Assembly: GCA_047967505.1 (NCBI GenBank)
Contig: CM106538.1
Origin: Dipteris shenzhenensis
Taxonomy: Eukaryota
Direction: 5' to 3' (one strand)
Length of the DNA stretch: 64,000 nucleotides
The notes beneath the pieces are model-generated. The model was given only the letters and a program-made list of their open reading frames with translations, had not been told where the DNA came from and made no database searches. A program made the translations under genes and the position numbers. Positions 38,613-51,800 of the stretch are shown here, piece by piece (the stretch's first letter is position 1; the number at the start of each line of letters is the position of its first letter).

Positions 38613-38682
38613 AATCTTTCAACTGTCACACACCCTGGCTTTCTCGACCTCAACAAAACTGGAAGGCAACAAAACAAACACA

Positions 38683-38883
38683 CTACTGAGGAAGCTCACT
38701 CTGCATCTGAAGAGCATTCTTTTTCCTGCGGGCAAGCACTTTCAAAGCTCTCTGCACTCTAGCTCGGAGTCGGATCACACATAGCTGGACTTCAATACAT
38801 CTGTCCTTCCTGTGACCACATTTTCCACACCACTCACACTGTATCACTCTCATGTGTGGATTTCTCCCCATTGCTTGCAACAC
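38683..38883 (-). CDS. Short ORF with a CX2CX4HX4C zinc knuckle upstream of gag
   Basis: CEWCGKCGHRKDRC, in a different frame from gag. Confidence 0.4.
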   Translation of the reverse strand: MLQAMGRNPHMRVIQCEWCGKCGHRKDRCIEVQLCVIRLRARVQRALKVLARRKKNALQMQSELPQ

Positions 38884-38951
38884 ATCTCAGAACACCTACT
38901 CCTCCAATCTTGTAAACTGAAGTGAACTGCCTCCGTGGAGGCACCAAAACG

Positions 38952-41071
38952 TGGATGGACAAAAGCAGTAGAGCCTAACCCACCTTCACAGCCACACTCA
39001 TCCACGTTCAAAACACCCGAACAACACTATCACAAGGCAAAAGGCATTCAATCAACATTTTCCTCTCTATAGACCTTCTGAGACAACTCACACTTGGATA
39101 CATTTTCTCCAGAGATGAGACAACCTCAGAAAGAAGCCCACTAGACTACACAGCCCATGCTCATTCTTTGCAATACCCCCGTCACCCTTTTCTGTCATGT
39201 GATCCTAGAACTACGGCTATCTCTTACTTACTGAGCTCAAAGAGCTCTCGCGGACCTTTGGCTTGCATAATAGAGTCACTACCCCATTTCTACCTCATGC
39301 AATGAAATCTCTTTGTACTTCTCTATTCAGGGTGTACATTAGTCACCTAAGATATTCTGACCGAGCCTCTCTACTAGCAACCCCACAGCTCATGTGATCA
39401 CCAATCAAGCACATTCATGAAGTTCGGCATCGCAGCCTCTCCCTTGCTCTCGGAACTCTCCTCGTCTGTGGTCCTCCCACACTCCTTCATCGAATTTTTC
39501 TATCCTCTCCGATCAAGAAATCCCTCCACGAGCTCCCTCATTCTCTCATGTGAAGATAGCTGTCTCACAGCTACTCTGCTACTCATTGAGCACCTTCGTT
39601 CGCCATGGTCCTCCTGTTCACGGAGCTCCTATCAGAATCCCATCGCCCAATGTTCACCCTGCTACACAGTAACGACGCCACAGCCATGCTGGTCCGTCTC
39701 GCCAAGCTTCAGTATTCCATAGCTGTCTTCGAAACCATAGTCTACGCTCTTAAATTACATGCTCTGCCTCTGCGCAAGGACTCCCTGCAACTGTGTGTGA
39801 CCCTTTCTCTCACGAAATTCTCCTCATCTGTGGTCCTTCCACACTCCTTCACTGCACTCCAACCCACTATCTCCTCCGCTCCTCAAAGATCCCCTCTCGT
39901 CACGAATCCTTCACCCAAGCAGCAGCTCCTTCTCTTCGTGCTTCTGAGCTCCTCCCGCCGTCTTTCATCCAGAAGCCTCTCCTGCTCCACCGAGCATACC
40001 CCCCTCATATACACCTGCAATTCGCAATGGTTGCTCTTGGTCCTCTGAATCGTATATTGGCGACGCCTTCCCTCCTCTAGGAGTCTCTCTCCTTCCATCG
40101 TGCACGGTTCTCTTCTTCACGTGGCCTTCTTGCGTTCTCTTTGGGACCTTCACCCTCTAAACTCCTCGACCTCTGAGCTCACCACCTCCTGTGCTGTGAG
40201 CCTACGATCCCTTCTCCATCATCTCATGACAGTCCTCTCAGGACTATTCCCCAGCCTGCCTTCTCCCTGGCCCACAGAGCTCACCATCGTCCCCATCATT
40301 CCAACCATCGTATATTTCTGCGCAGTCCTGGACCTCCCTTACAGTCCGACACCTCTCTTTAGACCCTGCAGTTTGTAATCGCGTCCTCACTGCAGCCACT
40401 CTCCCTTGCTCTAGAACTCACATATCTTCTCGGCATAGTTGAGATGCTTCGCCCTTTCAAAAATGTTCCAGTAAGAGAAGACGACCTCCTCTTCACTACG
40501 ATATATGCTCATAGCTTCTCTACTGCTCATAGAGCACCCGCATCGCGATATTTCCCCAGCTTTCCAAGCTCTCTCTCTCCAGAGGAGCTCCTCCTGCTCA
40601 CAGCGCAATCCCCTTTTCAGAAGCTCTCCGCCCACACACCTCCTCTCTCGAATCCTCGTCCCTCCTCATCGTTGCCATCCTCGCGAGCTCATGACCAGAA
40701 GCTTCCTTCATCACGTAGCCACGTGCATGCATGCTCCTTTCCAAATCAATTTGGCCACCTCAGCTTTATTTGCCACCTCATCAGTGACATTTTACCACTC
40801 TCAAGACATTTCCCCCAGATCACACACCAAGGCACTTAAGCACATATTCATTGACTATGTGCACACAATTGCATGCCACCAGTCATTTAGCATTTGATTG
40901 CCCACTGACCATCCACATATGATGAACACCATCCCGTCCCTGGATACCATGAAGTGCTCGAAAGTTGCTCACACAAAATCTGATTGAACGCCAGCAAGCA
41001 CACACACAGGTTGAACATCTCACATGTACATATGTTCAGACGAGTTTGGGGTTTTCAAAAATCTTCACACA
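38952..41071 (-). repeat. 5' LTR (2120 bp)
   Basis: Copy of 34297-36416. Confidence 0.95.
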
Positions 41072-41216
41072 ACGTCAACTACTTTCGCAACCCAAAACTT
41101 CACGTTCTCATGTTCATCATCCGATGGTCGACTGCAACAAAACAATGGACATCTATGTCTATTTGTGGCATAAACTCTCTCTTCTTGGGTCCACAATATG
41201 GACGTGGGAGCAACGA
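41072..41216 (-). pseudogene. Middle piece of transposase copy 2, trapped between two retroelements
   Basis: SLLPRPYCGPKKREFMPQIDIDVHCFV.VRPSDDEHENVKFWVAKVVDV matches copy 1 at 33060-33187. Confidence 0.9.
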
Positions 41217-41473
41217 TGTTGAGAGTTCACGCTCAACATCATGTGATCATGTGTGCATAGCACCATCACGTGATCATATGTGCATAGCACTAACCTTATA
41301 GAGTGCTATAAAGGAAAGGGTTAGATCCCCTAACCCTAACCCTAAAAGGGTTTGTATATATTCTATTTTTTCAACTAATTCTAGTGTACAGTTAGTCATT
41401 TGTGGTGTGCTCTCTAGCTGTGCCCTCTCTCCTCATCTCCACTCTTCTCCTCTCCCCTCTTCATATTTTGTCA
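41217..41473 (+). repeat. Copia 5' LTR
   Basis: Matches 55871-56127; I see 2 substitutions. Confidence 0.97.
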
Positions 41474-41485
41474 TGGTATCAGAGC
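41474..41485 (+). promoter_or_regulatory. Primer binding site, initiator tRNA-Met
   Basis: TGGTATCAGAGC immediately after the LTR. Confidence 0.95.
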
Positions 41486-42659
41486 TCCCTTGTCTTCCGC
41501 TGAGACATTGAGTTTCTTGAGAGTGTGAGAGAGATTGTGAGATTGAGAGTTCTCTTGAGTGATTGTGAGATCCTTCCCTTCACTTATGTTGAGAGAATTT
41601 CCGTCCATTGAAAGAAATTTCCATCATTGTTCTTGAGAGATTTCTGTCATTTGAGAGAGTTTATTTGAGTGTTTCTTGAGTTGAGAGAAAAAGAGAGTCC
41701 TCCAACTGTTCTACAACAAGCTTGTGGAAGAACTCCAGCCAGAGAGATCAAGCTTCCAAGGAGACCTCAATAGCAAGCTTCTACGGTCTTAGTTCTTCTT
41801 CAAGGCGCACCTTCAAGCTTCAATGATCTTAGCTTGGCAACTCACGGCCTCCTAAAGCTCATATGATCTTAGCTTGGAAACCGAAAGCCTTTGCAAGGCC
41901 TTCCAAGCTACAGTGTTGTGTCAACTGGCGGAACTCCAAGCTCCTACGTCAACGTGTCTACAAGGTGACCGTCGAGCAGCTGAAGGCTCGATACTCCTTG
42001 ATAGTTGCGACATACTCCTGAGTCTTCAAACAATCGTGGCTCGTAGCTCCTGACAAGCAGCTCCTTCCACGCCCGCGACCTACAACGGGCTCTATCCGTT
42101 GGTGCAGCCGTTGGACGCTCATAGTCCATTCTTCAATTGGAGCGGCTTAGCGGCTCAAGAGCCCATTTGCTGGCGAGTGGCTGAAGGTTCTAAAGGCAAA
42201 GATGGCTCCATCACGAAGGCTGCCGGTGTCGCCGTCACCACTGGCATCGCTTGGAGCATCTACAAATCTATCGTGGCCCGCAAGGAAGAGGATGCGCTGA
42301 TTACGGCTCCGTCGGTGCTCGAGAGGACTTCGGTGGCCTTGATCCTGGCTCCCCTCCCAAAGAACCCGAGCCTGAAGTAAAGTTGAAGGAGAAGATAGTG
42401 GGCAGTTTCTAGAAGAGAAGATTTGGATGATCGACGACGACGAAGAAGAAGAAGCCGAAGAAGACGAGGACGACGACCATTCGGTAGTAGCCCTCGAACG
42501 ATTGGCCACCTCCTACAACGAACTCGACGTCCGCCTCCATCGACGGAGAAGACGACGGAATAAAGAAGATTCCGTCCGAATCTTTTTAGATTCCGGCTTC
42601 CCAAAGCGTGACACGTGGCCCGTGCACCGCGTCATCCAATCTGCCATGTGTCAACCTTA

Positions 42660-43140
42660 TCTACCACGTGTCAATCCTATCTGCCACATCATCACCAACT
42701 ACCACATCATCACCGACTGCCATGTCATCACCGACTGCCACGTCATCACCGACTGCCACATCATCACCGACTACCACGTCACCTGACACATCATTTGTGC
42801 CATGTCATCAGCCATGTCAATTGTGCCATGTCATCAGCCACATCACTAGTGCCACGTCACTTGTGCCACGTCATCAGTGCCATGTCACCTGTGCCACATC
42901 ATCAATGCCACATCAACATTGCCACATCACCCTGCTGACATCATTTGTGCCACCTCAGCACTGCCACCTCAGCAGTCCAGTCAGCACTGACCCTCTGCAG
43001 GCACAGTCCCTTGCCAGGCACACTGTGCACACACTGCATGTGCACACTCCTGCCACCTCAGCACAGAGCTTCACTGGCACACCTCTTGCTAAGCACATTG
43101 CCACATCATCACTGCATGTGACTCACAGTGACACATCATC
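42660..43140. repeat. GCCACRTCA-core repeats (18-bp tandem units, then dispersed) in the Copia 5'UTR
   Basis: CCACATCATCACCGACTG about 6 times, plus many GCCACGTCA/GCCACATCA copies. Confidence 0.85.
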
Positions 43141-43916
43141 ATTGAGCACCATTTGCACTCCTTTTGCCCCTCCACCTAGATCAAGTCATATCTCTTGATC
43201 CAGGAAGAATTTGAGGGTGCTCCAAAAAGGAAAGACGCTCGATTTTTCGTGCTCTATGCGCTCGTTACATCACGCGCACATTTTGGCGCAAGTTACACTC
43301 ACATTTGATCCTCGCCGACAAAACTACTTCCTTCACGCACATTTGCCTCTACATCGACGCATCTGACCCAGCACTTAAAAAGAACAAAAGAAAAGGAATT
43401 ATTTGCTGCTCTTTTATCGATCGACGGTTGGTTTAGATCTAGATCAGAGTAGACTAGATCGCCATAGAGGGGACGCTTTGAATTCCCCAAGTTGCCAATC
43501 TAAGCCATGCCCGAAATTCCCGACTAGTACCTACTCAGTCCATACGCTCACATCCGATTTCACATCATTACATTACCTGAAACCTTACGTTCATCAGTTC
43601 AGTGAGCAGACTTCAGAGTTCAGAGGCATTGCAGATTGATTCAGTGGGCAGATAGCGCTTGATTTCACATACACATGCCACCATTGTAAAGCCTATTTGG
43701 CTATCTCACGGCATCGTGCACATCGATTTTCAGCCTTGTAAAGCCTCTTGGCTATTCCCAGCATCATTGCCACAAGCCTTGTAATACAGATCAGATCTTA
43801 TATACTGCAGTTCTATCTTCACCGACGGTACAGAGATTTCACTTGGCATCTTCAGTGTATTTGCAGTTGATTCATACAGGGTTTTTCAGGACACTTTTGA
43901 GTACATTGTTTGCACC

Positions 43917-45674
43917 ATGTCGACTAGCAACCTCAATCTGGAGGCATTTGCTAAGTTAGACAACTCCAATTACGGTACATGGAAATACCGAATGGAGACC
44001 ATTCTTGTGCTTCAAGACAAATGGGAGTATGTTGATGGATCCATACCTAGACCATTGGCCGATCCTGCCACCAGTAGCTCTACTCCATCTGTTGTCACAG
44101 CACCAGCAACGGGATCTACATCTACACAAACAGTTTCCACACCAGTAGCAGATCCTACCATTGCCCGAGCTCAAGCAGAATGGGATAAGAAAGACAAGTA
44201 TGCCTATCACCTGATCAAGCAGAATGTGCAAGATGTCATGCTAGGACAGCTCAACATAGTCAAGACATCAAAAGAAGCATCGGATATGTTCGCAACTCTC
44301 TACGAGTCCAAGAACACATCCAGGATTCTCACCCTGAGAAACCAGATCAACCAGAGTTTCTGCAATAGCAATGAAACTGGTCATGCTTATGTACTCCGCA
44401 TCAAAGACTACAACAATCAACTTGCAGCAGCAGGAGAGACTATGAATCCCGCAGAAATGGTTCAAGTAATCCTAAATGGACTAGGAGAAGGATATGAGAA
44501 TCTAGTCTAGAGTATTGCCATCCAACGGCAAATTCCAACACTGGAAGAACTTCAGTCAGTTCTACTTGGTGAAGAACTCAGGACTCACGCCATTCAAGCA
44601 CGTAAAGGTCATTCTAATGATCAGGCATTCACAGCTTCAGACAGAAGCAGAGGCAAAGGCAGAAACAGAGGTAGATCATATCAGAAAAGTGGTCATCATC
44701 AACAAAGTCAAAATTAGCATCAGCATCAGCATCATCCTCAGCAACATCAGAATCAGCAAAGAGGAAATCATTCCAACTGAGGAAGATTTCAAGGACGAGG
44801 GAATGCATCCACCAATGTGTCAAACGTTCAATGCAACTATTGTCACAAGTTTGGACACTATGAAAGAGATTGCCGCAAGAAGCAATATGACCAAGGCGGT
44901 CAATCCAGCAGTAATCGAGGGAATTCCCGAGGAAGAGGAAATCATCGTGGTGGACATTCTAGTCACAGTCATTTTGCAAATGAACATGGAAATATGTTTC
45001 TTGCAAGTGAGGAATTGCATCAGACTGATATAATGCACCTAGACACTGATTTCAATCCCAAAGAGGATTTTAGCTATCAAGTTGACCAAGTGGAACAGGA
45101 TCCTTGGTACATCGACAGCGGTGCATCATCTCATATGACAAATCACCAGGAATGGTTCACAGAAATGAAGCCATTAGAAGGTCAAAAGAATGTCATCTAC
45201 ACAGCAGACAATACACCAAATCCGGTTCAAGGGACAGGTGTTATCCCTATGAACAATTTCACTGGTACAAAAGGATTAGTCAAAGATGTGCTCTATGTTC
45301 CAAAGCTCAGCAAGAACCTTTTATCAGTAGGTCAAATGACGGAACACAACTACAAAGTCATCTTCGACGGTGATGAATGCACTATCAGAGACAAATCCAA
45401 AAGAGGTCAGCTAGTAGCAAAAGGTGTCAAGGAAGGACGCTTATATAGGATGCTAGCTACAGTACCAGATAAGCATGCCATGTCAGCTCAAATGCAACAG
45501 ATGCCACTATCTGCAAAATGGCACAAGAGATATGGTCATGTCAACTTCAAGTACTTGTTAGATCTCTGGAATCAGAATATGGCAATTGGGATTTCAAAGC
45601 TACAGTTTCTTGGAAAGGTTTGTGAAGCATGCTGCTTCGGCAAACAAAAGCGAACCAACTTTGTCAGCGTGCAC
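43917..45674 (+). pseudogene. gag-pol: Copia gag-protease-GAG-pre-integrase part
   Basis: KLDNSNYGTWKYRM, CNYCHKFGHYERDC, WYIDSGASSHMT, WHKRYGH, CEACCFGKQ. In-frame stops at 44508, 44715 and 44778. Confidence 0.95.
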
Positions 45675-46304
45675 CACAACAAGACAAAGCACCCATAGAT
45701 GCGCACACAGACGCGTTTCATGAACTAAATAAAAAACTTACGGGCGCGTCTATTTGCACATCTATTTGCACGTCAGGAGACCCACGTCTATTAGCGCATC
45801 TATATATCAGACTTACGTGCGTATAGACGCGCTCATACACGCATAAATAGACGTGCATATAAACGCTTTGATAGACGCACGTATAGACGCAAGTCAAACA
45901 GACAGACGCGAATATAAACGCGTTTGTAAACGCACTGATAGACGCGCCCTTTTTTTTATTTAAATTTTACAGAATACTGTGTATGTTGTGTATACTATAT
46001 TGTTACAAGAATCCCATATCCACATTCTGTAATTCAATTCTTACAGCCAACCTCATTTTATTTACAATTCCAAATAAAATATTACAACTCCAAAACGCAA
46101 TAAAATTGAAAGCTCAAAAAATGCTTGTATACACATATAGCACGAAGCTAAGCCATGTCATGTGGCTCCAAGTACAAAAAATAAGGAAGCTAAGCCATGT
46201 CATGTGGCTTCAAGTACAAAAAATAAAAGGAGTCTATATAAAGAGGCACGAAGCCAAGCCAATGGCTTTAAGTACAAAAAAGAATAGTAGCACTACTTCT
46301 ACGA

Positions 46305-47779
46305 CTAATCCTCGCTGCCTTCCATGCTCCCTTCTGCGCTGCCTTCTGCGCTCCCTTCTGCACCTCCTTCCTCGTCTTCCTCGTCGTCTTGTGCAGGGGC
46401 GCCCTGTAAACAAGGGACAACATATATCAATGTATGAAAAATCAAATCTTTACTTATAATTTTGGCATTATTTAATTACTTTCAAATACCTGGGGGGCCT
46501 GTCCAGTAGCTCGGGTATACTGCTCCTCAGTAATCAACCCGTCATCATAGAAGTGCCTCCATGTATCTCCTCTGCGATGGTGGTGGTGGTAGGCTGTCTC
46601 CATTGAAGTAGGGTATCTGCCCACGATCTCAAGCTGCATGACCGCGATACACTTTGTGGAGGGATTTGTGGAGGGATTAGTACAAAGAAATAACCAACCT
46701 CCTAATAAACTACATAAGCAATATAATTTGAGATCGATACTTACAAATTGGGCCTCCCATGATTCAACACCCCCTGCTCCAAAATGCATGCTCCCATACT
46801 CCTTCATCTGGATCCTCCGTGCCTCCACGTGCTGCAGACTGGGCTCCTCCCTCGCTGACTTCATTGCCTTCTTCCACTCACGCTTCTGAGCAGTGTGGGG
46901 CGGGCCCCTTGGAGGTTGACCTGTGGCAAGCTCTGTTAGTGCCTGCCTCTTAAGGGAAGATCTTTTATTGCTAAGTATCGTAACAATCTTTGACTTCCCC
47001 CATTTATCTGTGAACTGGCGATTGGGGGGGTTAGGATACCTAGAGCGAACAGTAGCGAGGGTCTCATCAGCCAACCTCTTTGGGTGGTCTTTATAGTGGA
47101 TAAAGCAATCTCTGTAATTGTTAGAAATTACAGAGCGCATTAAGGCCATTATATCCTTCCCCCGCGCATCCATCAAGATGCCTCCTGTCTGGGTGATGTC
47201 ATAATAAATCGTACCATCACCCAGAGGCACGTCTAAATCATCGGAATCATCATCCTCCTCACCGCCACATGGCCCAAAGCACTGTGCCATGCATCCGCCA
47301 CCGCTCTCCCTGCTACTACGCCTGCCACCCTGTCGTGTCGAGCTCGTATGCTGGCCACTCGTAGCTGGGGACTGCGCGAGACTACGCTGACCACTCGTAG
47401 CTGGAGAACCGAGTCTCGACGGCTGGGGAGTACGTCGACGGCTCGCTGAGGCAGAAGGACCTCCTGAAGGCATGGGGGAAGGGGCATAAGACGGGATGGC
47501 AAAAGGGACATAAGACGGCATGGGGGAAGGGGCACAAGACGGTACGGGGGAAGGGGCATAAGATGGGGCATAAGACGGCTGTGCGGACTCCGCTGGGGTG
47601 ATCTCAGGCGGTGTGGGGTGGCTCGGAGTCTGTAGTGCCGACTCCTGGGGAGTGTTAAGGGTACCCGTCATGTACCCGTATAACTCCGCAGGACTAGGAG
47701 GGTGCCCTAAAATATTATATAAATCCTTCCATATCGATTCACGTGGATCAAGTGAGCTAGAAGCACTTCGTCCCCACAT
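46305..47779 (-). CDS. Apparently intact 3-exon TnpA-like protein (~425 aa)
   Basis: Exons 47779-46745, 46633-46490 and 46403-46305, with GT-AG introns all in phase 0. RGKDIMALMRSVISNNY, GSMHFGAGG and the QDDEEDEE tail parallel family 1 TnpA-like. Confidence 0.7.
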
Positions 47780-47859
47780 GTTAAACTGGAAAAAAATAAA
47801 CAAATCTATTACTTTGGGAGCTAAGAAGAAAGGGGAAAAAAAAAAAAAGCTCTGTCAGA

Positions 47860-48800
47860 GCGCGTCTATAGACCCGTCTAATCTTCGTGTCTATAAACGC
47901 ATCTAACAAAGCGTTTAACAGTTCAAGTAAAAGCGCGTCTATCACTGCGTCTAACAATCCGTCAAAACATCCGTCTAACAGTGCGTTAAAAAGCGCGTCT
48001 ATCATCGCGTCTAACAGTCCGTCCAAACATCCGTCTAATAGCGCATCTGAAAGCACGTCTAACAATTTGTTTAAAACTCCGTTTAAAAAATCGTTTGTTT
48101 GAGCGTCTATATACGTGTCTGTGTGTGTTTGTAACAAGCTAGACGCACATATAGACGCGCCTGTAGATGCGCGTTTAGATGCGCCCTCAGACGCCTCTAT
48201 ACACGCGCTCCGACAGTCGAGAATACTCAAAAGTGGAAAAGGACGTTTCGCCCGACAAAAGAACGTGTCGCTCATACCTAGATGCTGCGTTTCGTGGATG
48301 CGAAAAAGTATAAAACTGGAAAGAGCAAGCAAGAACAACTTCAAAAGGACTTACTTGGAAAAAGGTATGGAAGGATCTTTCTTTTCCAAACTTGTTTCTT
48401 CTCCTTGTTCGTACTCCTCCTCTTCTTTAGGCTTGGAAGCAAGCTGTGTAGCTACGGTCCCTTTGTCTTGAATGAAAGCTTGGAACTGTGTATGGGAGGC
48501 TCTCTCTTAAGCTTCGAATCTATAGAACTGCTAATAAAGAAGGAAGAAAGCCGCTCGCGAAGTTTAAGTAGTCAAAAGAAAAGCAAAGCGAGCGGTGCGC
48601 CGAAAAGCAAGTTTAAAAGTCGCGGGTATAGTCGTGTCTATTAGCACGTCTATAGTCACATCTGAATACACAGAGTAAATGCATCTATAGTCGCGTCTAT
48701 TAGCGCGTCTACAGGCGCGTTTAAATACACAGAGTAGACGGGCATTTAGACGCACAAGTAGACGCGACATTAGACGCGACGATAGACGCGGCGATAGACA
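47860..48800. repeat. Internal clusters of TAGACGCG/CGCGTCTA repeats between the divergent genes
   Basis: Same motif as the subterminal clusters at 45695-45950 and 53020-53285. Confidence 0.85.
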
Positions 48801-48865
48801 CGACAGAGAGTTTTTAAGTTAAGCATTTGAAGAAGAGCAAATTTGGTGGGTTGTTTGTTTGTAGG

Positions 48866-51800
48866 ATGTCTCCATCTTCAACAAGCAGCTCCAGTGAGGA
48901 TGAATCCCTCCGTATCCACCATCGCGAAATGTGGTTGGAGCAAAGTCAAATGTCTGTGTGATTGATGTCGAGGAAACATGTATCGTGCACACAGGATTAC
49001 GCTCAATCATACCTCAAAGTATGGAGAATGGGATGTGACCGTAAACAGGGTAAGGATTTGTAAGTTAAGGTTGATTGAGATACCTATGGGTGTTCATATG
49101 TTTGAGTTATAATGATCTCGTTTTAATTTGATACAGGATGCAGTGCCACACCCGCACATGTTACCCTATGCCCGTCGTGAGGAGGCGAAGCGTCGGCGAT
49201 ATGAGGTGGGATCTTCAGGAGGGACCGTTACGGATGCATGGAGTGATGGTGATAGTAGCCCTCCACCATTACCTCATGAAGCCGTGGAGGAGGAGGTGTT
49301 TGATGATATGGTGCAGGATTTATATGTCCATCAAGGGAGGGATAATAGCATGGAGCAGGATGATCTTTTTACCGCAGCATTGACTCCACTGTTTGAGGGG
49401 TGCACATTCTCTGTTCTACGTGCCTCCCTTGAGTTACTAAACTTGCAAACCATCTATGGATGGAGCAATGCAAGTTTGAATGCATTACTCAAGTAAGCTT
49501 TAATTTAAAGTCGATTTTGCAAACATGGTGAATTATGCGTGTGGGTCAATTACTCGAATGCTTTTCCTCATTTATGGTCTTCACGTGCAGGCTATTGTGT
49601 AAAATGCTTCCAAGGGAAATAAATTACCGACCTCAAGAGATATGGCAAGGCAACATGTGACCTCTCTTGGAGGATTAGATTACAAGCGCATCCATGCATG
49701 TGTCAACGATTGCGTTTTGTTTCGTGGACTACATAAGGATGCAAGAGAGTGTCCTACTTGTGGAGAGGCAAGATATAGAGCAGATCTCAAAACCTTGGAC
49801 GTGCCTCGTAAGGTATTGCGACATTTTCCCATAATCCCTCGCATCCAACATATGTTCAAGTGCAAATCTATTGCAGAGCTCATGTCATGGCATTCCTCCC
49901 ATCGATCAACCGATGGCAAGTGGAGAACTCCCGCGGACTCTCCTGCGTGGAAGCATATTGAAGACACATGGACAAGCTTCAAGGAAGAACCTAGGAGCTT
50001 GAGACTTGGATTGGGTATGGACGGTGTGAACCCATTTGGTCTCAAAAGCACATCTTACAGTGTATGGCTAGTGGTATTGGTGAATTACAATCTTCCACCC
50101 TCTATGGCTATTAAGAAAGGACATGTCATGCTGTCCCTTCTAATTCCAGGGAAACATAAAGTCAAAAACCCTGATGTTTATTTGGAGCCTTTGATTGATG
50201 AGCTAGAGATACTTTGGAGAGGTATGGAGGTGCATGATGTGAGCAGGCCTCCCTCGTCATGAGACTTCAACTGCAAAGCAGTCTTGATGTGGACGATGCA
50301 TGACTTCCCAGGCTATGGCGAGTGTTCAGGTAAGCATTGCATTTTTTAATTATGAATAGGCAAGGACGTGGCACCCTAAACCCACCTTCCACTCTTAATT
50401 GCATCTATTGTTTCAGGTCTCACTACATCGGGTTACCATGCATGTTCTGTTTGTGGTCCTTCGCTAGTTGCCTCACGGGCAGACGCATTGAATAAGGTCA
50501 TCTATGAGAATCACCATCGATTTCTCCCACCTGATCATCCTAGATATGTTGCCCCTTGGAATGAAGTCCTCCCACAATCACTCAGCACGGGAGATTGGAT
50601 GAGAATTTGGGACGGTTCCACGACGACTCCATTACTTGGCATGAGCCAGTAAGGATTTGTAACTATTGGCTGGAAGTAAAGATTGGCTATATTGGTTGAA
50701 AGTGAGGATTGCACGCTAACACTTTATTTTGTTTAGATACTCCATCTTTTATCGTTTACCATATTGGTCCCACCTCAAGGTCAATCATCTGCTCGATCCC
50801 ATGCATATCTTCAAGAATGTGGCATCTACCATTTGGGAGCATTTGAATGGGACACGAGATTCGGCATGCATAAGGGAGGATCTACGTACCACAGGGAGGA
50901 TGCGTGAAGCTTGGCCTCAAGAGAGACCAAATGGGTGTGTTTTTTTACCTCGTGCACCGTGGATGTTATCAAAGCTAGAGATGGCGACGGTGAAGCGCGC
51001 TATTACTACAATTCGTACTCCCACTGGATGCATGAGGTGTTTGAAGGGAGCCTTTACAAAGAGCAAGAAAAGAGGTGTAGAGCAATTATATGGCTTGAAA
51101 TCTCATGATTGGCACAAGATGCTCCAAGTAAGTATTTTATATGCATAATATCTTTTTCCTTTCAAATTTGTGAGTGAATAGCTATAAGCAACTAATCAAC
51201 CACCTCCTCGCGGGTTCAGTTCATACTACCTACTAGCATTTCACGTAGTGCATCAAAGGACGTGAAAGATTGTATTTACAAGATGGGCGAGCTTGTGAGG
51301 TATGTGAGCTCAAAGGAAATAGATCCCACCACGCTTGAGAATGCTCGAGTTATGTCAGTGGAGGCGGTTTGTTTAGTGGAGGAGACATTTCCACGTTCTA
51401 TTCTCACAAGCCAACTACATCTCATAGTGCATTTGGTGGATGAGATTGCTATATGTGGTACTATACATGCACGATGGTTGTTCTTCCTCGAGCGCTTCAT
51501 GAAGACCTTGAAGGGCTTCGTGAGACAAAATGCAAGACCCGAAGGTAGCATGGCTGAGGGTTGGTTGGTACAAGAGTCACTTGTATATATTTCTGAGTTT
51601 CTTGTTGATGTGGATAGCTCTCTCCCACGACTATGGAGAGATGATGAAGACCTAAGGATGACCTCTATTGTGCCTCAAGGAAAAGGACGCAACAAAGTAA
51701 TAGACACGGAGTTGCGTAATAGTATCAACCTCTTTTGCATGCTTAATAGTGATGTGATGAAAAGATGGGTGACAAGATACGAGGATGCAAAGGCAAGAAG

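Larger units (their letters stand above)
34297..41071 (-). mobile_element. Non-autonomous gag-only LTR retrotransposon (Gypsy-like)
   Basis: 2120-bp direct repeats TG...CA at offset 4655. 4-bp TSD ACGT (34293-34296 / 41072-41075). PBS-like TGGTGCCTCCACGGAGG after the 5' LTR; no pol. Confidence 0.93.
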
